A stretch of 24,000 nt of DNA, from assembly GCA_964552795.1 (NCBI GenBank), contig CAZKIO010000054.1, forward strand, positions 3,609-27,608, written 5' to 3'. This document shows positions 1 through 5,858 of the stretch, in pieces. The notes beneath the pieces were generated by a model. That model was not told where the DNA came from. It saw nothing but the letters and a program-made list of their open reading frames with translations, and did not search any database. The DNA comes from an uncultured Planctomycetaceae bacterium. Lineage in GTDB: Bacteria > Planctomycetota > UBA1135 > GCA-002686595. A program made the position numbers and the translations under genes. Position 1 is the stretch's first letter. Every line of letters starts with the position of its first letter.

Positions 1-597
1 GGGCGGCAGGCCCCAGTCCGCGAAGATCGCCGCGGCCACCTCCCAGTGGTGAATGTCGAACTGCCGTTGCTCCTCCGCCAGCAGGCACTCGATCGGCTTG
101 CCGTGCGCGTTGGTGAGCACCTGGTCGTAGGACTCGGCGTGGATCGTGGCGAGCGCCAGCATCCCGACCTGCGACAGGAGACCGCAGGTGTAGGCGTGTC
201 CCGGATCGACCTGTCCCTCGTCCTCGGCGATCGCCCGCGCCGCCAGCGCGGTGGCGAGCGCGTGCGACCAGTAGGCCTCGTGGTCGAACTGCTTGCACGC
301 GCCGAACCGCTCGGGGTTGAAGAGCGTGAAGCCCAGGGCGGCTTGTCGGACCTGCTCGGGGTCGAGGCGCTTCGCCGCAGCATGGACGGTGCACGCCGGA
401 GCGGTCGCGGCGGACTGGTTCGCGTTGGCGAGCCGCAGCAGGCGGCCGGTGAGCGCCGGATCGAGTTGCAGGATGCGGGTCAGCTCCTCGATGGGCATGT
501 CCGGCCGGCGCGTCGACTGCAGCACGGCCAGGCCCAAGCCCGCAGGCGAGGGCAGGCTCCCGCAGTAGCGCAGCTCCTCGAAGCGCTTCCCGATCAC
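1..597 (-). CDS. HDOD-domain signalling protein (N-terminal 199 codons; the C-terminus lies beyond the window start)
   Basis: Absent from the ORF track because it runs off the window edge. My reverse-strand translation from GTG at 597 reads VIGKRFEELRYCGSLPSPAGLGLAVLQSTRRPDMPIEELTRILQLDPALTGRLLRLANANQS...YTCGLLSQVGMLALATIH. This fits the HDOD pattern (LPxLP ... DPaLtxrlLrlANS ... GLLhxvG). An AGGAG lies about 7 nt upstream of the GTG and overlaps the stop of the upstream gene. The + strand ORF 46..663 is its antisense shadow. Confidence 0.75.
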   Translation of the reverse strand, partial: MIGKRFEELRYCGSLPSPAGLGLAVLQSTRRPDMPIEELTRILQLDPALTGRLLRLANANQSAATAPACTVHAAAKRLDPEQVRQAALGFTLFNPERFGACKQFDHEAYWSHALATALAARAIAEDEGQVDPGHAYTCGLLSQVGMLALATIHAESYDQVLTNAHGKPIECLLAEEQRQFDIHHWEVAAAIFADWGLPP

Positions 598-601
598 AGG
601 C

Positions 602-2437
602 TCACTCCTGCTCCGGGCCGGATTCCGTCGGCGCGGGCGCCTGGGAGCCGCGGAGCGAGCTGAACACGGCGCTCCGGTTGCGGCCCGCGGCCTTGGCCGC
701 GTAGACGGCCTCGTCCGCGCACTTGATCAGCGCGTCGTAGGTCGGCATGTCGGCCGTGCGCTCGGCGATGCCGACGCTGATCGTCACGCTGCCCTCGTAG
801 CCCCGCCCGCGGATGACCAGGGCCTCCACCGCCGTGCGCAGGCGCTCGCCCGCGACCAGGGCATGAGCCTCGTTGGTGTTGTTGCAGATGACGAAGAACT
901 CCTCGCCGCCCAGGCGCGCCACCTCCTCGCCCTGGCGCGCGTTCGTGCGCAGCACGTTGGCGACCTCGCGCAGGACCAGGTCACCGACGTCGTGGCCCCA
1001 GGTGTCGTTGACGCGCTTGAAGTGGTCGATGTCGATCAGGATGGCCGACAGCGGCCGGCCGGTGCTGCGCGCGACCTCCCACTCCGACTCCAGCCGCATC
1101 ATCGTGTGGCGGCGATTCGGCAGATCGGTCAGCGCGTCGGTGTGGGCCGCGTTGCGCAGCTTGCGCGTCAGCAGGCCCATCTCCGCGACCTGCTTCATGA
1201 CGATGCGGCGGTTGGACTCCACCCGCTCCTGCAGCTCGATGACTCGCTGGCCGCCCTTCAGCCGGGCCACGAGCACCTTGGGATTGAGAGGCTTCACGAC
1301 GTAGTCGTCGACGCCCGCGTCGAAGGCCTCGACGACGCGGTCCTCGTCGCCGCGGCCCGTGAGCAGGAGGAAGAACGTGCTGCGGCCCAGCTCGCTGCGG
1401 CGCAGCGCCTGGCACAGCTCGATCCCGTCCATCTCGGGCATCATCCAGTCCGCGATCACCGCGTGCGGGTGCTGTTCGAGCGCGATGCGCAGCGCGTCGC
1501 TGCCGTTCGTCGCGGTCAGCACCTCGTGGCCGGCCTTGCGCAGCGCCGATTCCAGCAGCTTCAGCGACACGGGCTCGTCGTCCACCGCCAGGATGCGCAG
1601 CCCCTGCAGTTCCGGCGCGGTGCCCGCTTCCAGCGCCCTCGAGATCTCCTCGGGCGAGTGCACGCCGCTGGCGCGGCGCTGGATCTCCTCGTGCGAGGCG
1701 ACCTCCGGCAGCGGCAGACCGAGCAGGATGGTCCAGTCGGACCAGCCCCGTCCGATGCGATCGAAGAACGCCCCGAACGCAGTGGGGTCCAGCTCCAGGA
1801 CCGCGCGCAACTCTTCCAGGCGGTCCGCGATTCGCCGCCAGTCGGCGCGGGACTGCGAGCCGGCCGCGGTCAGGGCCTCGGCCACCTGCCGGGCGTGCCG
1901 CAGGATGTAGGCCAGGCCGATCGAGTCGCCCTCGTTCGGGTCGAACGTGCGCTCCGACACCTCGCTCACGCGCAGCGCGCGCACGAGCACCGGCGGGAAG
2001 CGCCACTCCTCGAGCTGGGCGGCGCCGTGATGGCCCAGGAGCCCCAGCACGAAGGCGTCGGCCGGCGCGCCGATCACCAGATGTCGGCTGATGAACCGGG
2101 CCGCGCAGGCGCGCGCGAGTTGCAGCGAGCAGTTCGGCGCGGAGCTTGCGCCCGGACTCGCGACCGGGCAGGAGGAAAGCGCGATCACCAGCCCGCGCAG
2201 GGCCCCCACGCCGGTGGTCTGGATCGCTTCCGCGATGTTCTCGCCCGTCACCGGCCCGCCGTCGACGCGCAGCACCCGCAGGACGAGCTGCTCGATGCGC
2301 GGATCCGCGCGAACCGCGGAGAGGAGCTCGGCGGAGGCGTTCTCGGACGCCGGATCGATGGACAGCGCCGCCGCGCCGGCGCCGCTGATGAGCGGGCGCT
2401 CGTCGAACTCGGTCGCGGACGTGCCGCGCGGGTTCAT
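602..2437 (-). CDS. Response-regulator diguanylate cyclase: divergent HDOD-like N-terminal region, REC, then GGDEF (611 aa)
   Basis: Track ORF 602..2584, trimmed to ATG 2437 (MNPRGTS), which is preceded by AAGGA. REC domain: LRILAVDDEP...VIADWMMPEMDG...VVKPL. GGDEF domain: DALTDLPNRR...RLGGEEFFV, with GGEEF encoded at 896-910. N-terminal residues 35-190 (AELLSAVRADPRIEQLVLRVL...GVGALRGLVIALS...FVLGLLGHHG) look HDOD-like. Confidence 0.88.
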   Translation of the reverse strand: MNPRGTSATEFDERPLISGAGAAALSIDPASENASAELLSAVRADPRIEQLVLRVLRVDGGPVTGENIAEAIQTTGVGALRGLVIALSSCPVASPGASSAPNCSLQLARACAARFISRHLVIGAPADAFVLGLLGHHGAAQLEEWRFPPVLVRALRVSEVSERTFDPNEGDSIGLAYILRHARQVAEALTAAGSQSRADWRRIADRLEELRAVLELDPTAFGAFFDRIGRGWSDWTILLGLPLPEVASHEEIQRRASGVHSPEEISRALEAGTAPELQGLRILAVDDEPVSLKLLESALRKAGHEVLTATNGSDALRIALEQHPHAVIADWMMPEMDGIELCQALRRSELGRSTFFLLLTGRGDEDRVVEAFDAGVDDYVVKPLNPKVLVARLKGGQRVIELQERVESNRRIVMKQVAEMGLLTRKLRNAAHTDALTDLPNRRHTMMRLESEWEVARSTGRPLSAILIDIDHFKRVNDTWGHDVGDLVLREVANVLRTNARQGEEVARLGGEEFFVICNNTNEAHALVAGERLRTAVEALVIRGRGYEGSVTISVGIAERTADMPTYDALIKCADEAVYAAKAAGRNRSAVFSSLRGSQAPAPTESGPEQE

Positions 2438-2463
2438 GTCCTTGGGGGTGACCACGTTCCGTC

Positions 2464-2844
2464 TCAGCGCGGGAGCGACCTCAATGCGGACTCCACCTCC
2501 GCCAGCGTCCCGTTGCAGTCGCGCAGCAGCGCCGGGATCTCCTCGGTCGAGCGGCGCCGGGCCGTCTCCTCGATGCGCTTGCACAGGCCCGAGAGCTGCA
2601 TGGCGCCGATGCTGGCGCTGGACGACTTGAGCGTGTGCGCCGCGCGCTCCAGGAGCTTGAGCTCGCCGGTGGCCAGCGCGGTCTCGATGTCCTTCAGCCG
2701 CTGCGGCGCATCCTCGAGGAACAGGCCGATCAGCTCGAGCAGGAGGCCGGGGTCGTCCTCGCCGCCCAGTTCCCTGAGGCTGGCGATCACGTTCGGATCG
2801 AGGACCGCACCGGTCCCCTCACCCGTCTTGTGTGTGCCGTCCAA
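2464..2844 (-). CDS. Stand-alone Hpt (histidine phosphotransfer) protein, 126 aa
   Basis: The motif AAHTLKSSSASIGA contains the phospho-accepting His in a typical Hpt context (HxLKGs..lGa). The start codon is TTG at 2844, preceded by GGAGGA with 6-nt spacing. Its stop lies 26 nt upstream of the GGDEF gene start. Confidence 0.85.
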   Translation of the reverse strand: MDGTHKTGEGTGAVLDPNVIASLRELGGEDDPGLLLELIGLFLEDAPQRLKDIETALATGELKLLERAAHTLKSSSASIGAMQLSGLCKRIEETARRRSTEEIPALLRDCNGTLAEVESALRSLPR

Positions 2845-3004
2845 TCGTCGTCCTCCGGTGGGGAGCCGCGCCGCGCGGCCCCTTCGGCCGCGCCGCGTGC
2901 CCCGGTGGGTTCGCTCGGAACCACATCGGAGGGCGGGCGCTCGTAGCTTGGGAGGAATGCGGAATCAGGCCGGGCCGCCGCGGCATGCCCCGCTCCGCCG
3001 CCCC

Positions 3005-3039
3005 GGCCGCGGCGCGCGCCCCCGCGCGCGAGCGCGGCC
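3005..3039 (-). terminator. GC-rich imperfect hairpin downstream of the S46 gene (possible intrinsic terminator, no U-tract)
   Basis: ggccgcg(g)cgcgcgc-cccc-gcgcgcg(ag)cgcggcc forms 7+7 bp with a small internal loop. It lies 36-70 nt past the stop at 3075. No T/U run follows. Confidence 0.3.
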
Positions 3040-3074
3040 CGGGACGCCCCGCGGGCCGCGCGCGCCGGCGCGGG

Positions 3075-5165
3075 TCAGCTCCCGGCCCCGGTCAGCTCCT
3101 CGGCAAGTTTTTCCATCCGGTAGACGCTGCGGACGGCTTCGAGGATGGCGCGCGAGTCGACGGACACGGCCCGGTTGAACGTCTCGTCGTACATCAGGTT
3201 GCCGACCAGGCTCTGGATGTTCCCGTCGAAGATCAGGCCGACGACCTCGCCGGCGCGGTTGACGACCGGCGAACCGGAGTTGCCGCCGATGATGTCGTGG
3301 GTCGCGACGAAGTTGAACGGCGTGTTGGGGTTGAGCCGGTCCTTCGCTGCCGCCCAGCTCTCGGGGATGCGGAACGGATAGACGTTGCCGCGCTCGGCGG
3401 CGCGCTGGTAGAGGCCGGCGAAGTTGGTGAACGGCGGGATGGAGCGCCCGCCTTCCTCCCAGCCCTTCACGGTGCCGTAGGACAGGCGCAGCGTGAACGT
3501 CGCGTCCGGGTACTGGTCCTCGCCGTTCACGGCGAACTGGGCGGCCGCGATCTTGGCGTAGGCCTGCTTCTCGCGCGCGTCGACCTCCTCCTCGTAGCGC
3601 GCGCGCAGCGCGCGGCTCTCGGCGTCGAGGTCGCGCGCCAGGGCGATCAGCGGATCCTCCGAGGCCGCCATGGCCGCCGCGCCGCCCTCGGCCAGGCGCC
3701 GGCGCTCGGCCACGTCCGCCAGCTTCGAACCCTGGACCAGCTCGCGCGCGCGCACGCCGGGCGACTTGCCGGCCAGCGCCTTGACGACGAGCGGATCGTT
3801 GCCGCCCAGGAGCTCCGCCATGTTCTGCAGACTCGACGCCAGGCTCTCGATCTCCAGTTCGGGATAGACCGGCGCGGGCGAGTACAGGCGCAGCTCGAAC
3901 GAGTCGCGCGCGGAGTCGCGGTACTCGCGCAGGCGGTCGCCGTCGGGCTTCTGCGCCTCGTCGGCGAGGCGCATCAGGTCCTTGGCGACGCGGAACATCG
4001 TCCCGCCCAGGCTCAGGCCGGTTCCGCCCAGGGCGCTCATGCGGTCCAGGAGCTCGCCGTGCACGCGCTTGGCGTCGGCGACCATGTCCCAGGCGTCGCC
4101 CCACTGCTTCTGCCACTCGGGGTTGGCCGCGACGGCGGCGCGCAGCTTGTTCTCGGCCCCCAGCTTGGCGGCCATCAGCGCCGGATCCTGCAGTCCGGCC
4201 AGGATGCCCGTGCGCGCCTTGCGCGAGTTCTGCACGCCGAAGTAGTCGCCCTCGGCGACGCGCCGCAGCTCCTCGCTGCGGCCCGACAGCGTCGCCAGCT
4301 GCACCTCGCGGCGCCACAGGCTGCGCATCGCGGCCGGGTACTGCACGTCGCGCATGAACTCCAGGTGCGCATGCGTGTTGAGGCGCTCCGTGCGGCCGGG
4401 ATGCCCGGCCACGAACACCAGCTCGCCGTCGGTGGCGCCGTTGCGGCTCCAGGCCAGCCAGTTCGCGCACTTCAGCGGCTTGCCGCCCTCGTAGATGCGG
4501 AAGAAGCACACGTCGAGGTCGTAGCGCGGGAACTCGAAGTTGTCGTTGTCGCCGCCGAAGAACGCGATGTCCTTCTCGGGCGCCATGACGAGGCGCACGT
4601 CGGTGTGGCGCTGGTAGCGGTACAGGTGGTAGCGCCCGCCCTGCCACAGCGTGACGACCTCGCTCTTGAGGCCGGTCGCGCCCTGGGATTCCTTCTCGAT
4701 CGCGCCCATCACCTTGCGGCGCGCGGCGTTCTGCTCGGCCAGCGACATGCCGGCGGTGACGGCCTGCTCGACGCGCGCGGTGACGTCCTCGATCGACATG
4801 AGGACGTTCACCTCCAGGTCCGGGCAGGGCAGCTCCTCGGCGTGCGAACGCGCGAAGAAGCCGTCCTTCAGGAGGTCGCGCTCGGCCGTGGAGAGCTTCT
4901 CGATCATGTCCGACCCGACGTGGTGGTTGGTCATGACCAGGCCGTCGGGGCTGACGATCGAGCCCGAACCGCCGCTGCTGAGCCGCACGCTCGAGCGCTG
5001 CACGTGCTCGAGCCACGCCGGCGTCAGCTCGAACCCGTAGCGCGCCTTGATCTCCTTGGTCGGCGGCTTGTTGAACAGCCACATGCCCTCGTCGGCGCGC
5101 GCCGCGGGGAGGGTCAGGCACAAGGCGGCGGCGGCCGCGGTGAAGGCGCAGAGGGTCCGGTGCAT
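3075..5165 (-). CDS. Peptidase S46 family dipeptidyl-peptidase (DPP7/DPP11/DAP BII-like), secreted, 696 aa
   Basis: Track ORF 3075..5282, trimmed to ATG 5165. The signal peptide MHRTLCAFTAAAAALCLTLPAARA is followed by DEGMWL, the mature N-terminus typical of S46. Catalytic-type motifs present: VMTNHHVG (His), FPRYDLDVCFFRIY (Asp region), GGNSGSPVVN (Ser). Confidence 0.9.
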   Translation of the reverse strand: MHRTLCAFTAAAAALCLTLPAARADEGMWLFNKPPTKEIKARYGFELTPAWLEHVQRSSVRLSSGGSGSIVSPDGLVMTNHHVGSDMIEKLSTAERDLLKDGFFARSHAEELPCPDLEVNVLMSIEDVTARVEQAVTAGMSLAEQNAARRKVMGAIEKESQGATGLKSEVVTLWQGGRYHLYRYQRHTDVRLVMAPEKDIAFFGGDNDNFEFPRYDLDVCFFRIYEGGKPLKCANWLAWSRNGATDGELVFVAGHPGRTERLNTHAHLEFMRDVQYPAAMRSLWRREVQLATLSGRSEELRRVAEGDYFGVQNSRKARTGILAGLQDPALMAAKLGAENKLRAAVAANPEWQKQWGDAWDMVADAKRVHGELLDRMSALGGTGLSLGGTMFRVAKDLMRLADEAQKPDGDRLREYRDSARDSFELRLYSPAPVYPELEIESLASSLQNMAELLGGNDPLVVKALAGKSPGVRARELVQGSKLADVAERRRLAEGGAAAMAASEDPLIALARDLDAESRALRARYEEEVDAREKQAYAKIAAAQFAVNGEDQYPDATFTLRLSYGTVKGWEEGGRSIPPFTNFAGLYQRAAERGNVYPFRIPESWAAAKDRLNPNTPFNFVATHDIIGGNSGSPVVNRAGEVVGLIFDGNIQSLVGNLMYDETFNRAVSVDSRAILEAVRSVYRMEKLAEELTGAGS

Positions 5166-5380
5166 GGTGTCTCCGATTCGGTTGCTTGGGGTGCGGTGCG
5201 GCAGGATACGGCGACGACCGCCGATCGCGGTAGGCGCCGCGACGGCGTTCACGCAGGCCTGACGCCGTGTGGCGCGCGGCACCCGCCCGAGCGGGGCCGG
5301 GTCGCCCGACGGAGCACGCCGAGCCCCGGCGCCTCGACCCGCGCGCCGCAGCGAGTAGATTGTGCGGCAGGAGACCGCCC

Positions 5381-5839
5381 ATGCCCCGCCGCCCGATGAC
5401 CGCTTCCCTCGCCGCGCTGGCGGCCCTGTTGCCCCTGGCCGCCTGCAACTCGATGCCCAGCGGCGGCATCGGGGGCTTCCGCACGATCTCGCGCGGCTAC
5501 CAGACGGGCCTGGAGGGCTCGGATCCCTACGTGGCGCGCACCGCGGAGGAGTGGCGCTTCCTGTGGGGGCAGCACGCGTCGACCGAGGTGCCGAACGCTC
5601 CGCTCCCCGAGGTCGACTTCTCGCGCGAAATGGTCGTGTGCGTCGTGACCGGCGACCGGCCCTCGGGGGGGTACGCGGTGGAGGTCACGGAGGCGCGCTG
5701 GGACGGGCTGCGGCTCGAGCTCGTTGCGCGCGAGACGCGCCCGGCGCCGGACGCCGTCGTGCCGATGGTCGTGACGCGGCCGTACCACATGGTCGCCACC
5801 GGCCGCTCGGACGGGCCGGTGCGCATCGAAATGCGCTGA
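5381..5839 (+). CDS. PrcB C-terminal-domain lipoprotein (protease-complex subunit PrcB-like), 152 aa
   Basis: ATG 5381 is preceded by AGGAG. Lipobox LPLAAC. The body EEWRFLWGQH...PEVDFSREMVVCVVTGDRPSGGYAVEVTEA...LVARETRP...TRPYHMVAT matches the PrcB_C pattern as I recall it (ew..lw ... vDF.k..v..v..G...tgGy.i.i ... PY.lv). Confidence 0.8.
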   Translation: MPRRPMTASLAALAALLPLAACNSMPSGGIGGFRTISRGYQTGLEGSDPYVARTAEEWRFLWGQHASTEVPNAPLPEVDFSREMVVCVVTGDRPSGGYAVEVTEARWDGLRLELVARETRPAPDAVVPMVVTRPYHMVATGRSDGPVRIEMR

Positions 5840-5842
5840 CGC

Positions 5843-5858
5843 GCCGCGCTCCCGCGGC
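5843..5858. terminator. Hairpin filling the 18-nt gap between the convergent PrcB-like and S8 genes
   Basis: gccgcg-ctcc-cgcggc gives a 6-bp GC stem. It sits between the stop TGA 5837-5839 (+) and the stop TAG 5860-5858 (-). Confidence 0.3.

Noticed and set aside
46-663. A + strand 205-aa ORF (and the nested 293..568 ORF) at the left edge
   Set aside because: The translation is Arg/Gly/Leu/Val-rich and low-complexity. It lies exactly antisense to a reverse-strand reading frame with clear HDOD motifs and a good SD and GTG start at 597.
2438-2584. N-terminal extensions given by the ORF track (2438-2584 for GGDEF, 5166-5282 for S46, 5267-5380 for PrcB-like, 8759-8977 for S8)
   Set aside because: The extensions are Arg/Pro-rich and lack signal-peptide logic. 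The internal ATGs are preceded by SD-like sequences and are followed immediately by signal peptides, lipoboxes or domain starts.
863-3178. A 771-aa + strand ORF, with the 981..2006 (-), 1359..1910 and 2091..2630 ORFs, overlapping the GGDEF and Hpt genes
   Set aside because: These are off-frame or antisense shadows typical of high-GC DNA. They are runs of R/A/G/P with no recognisable domain. The 602..2437 and 2464..2844 frames carry complete REC, GGDEF and Hpt motifs.
2832-5484. An 855-aa + ORF and an 839-aa - ORF covering the S46 locus
   Set aside because: Both are Arg/Ala/Gly/Pro-rich with no motifs. The 3075..5165 frame encodes a full S46 peptidase with a signal peptide and catalytic motifs.
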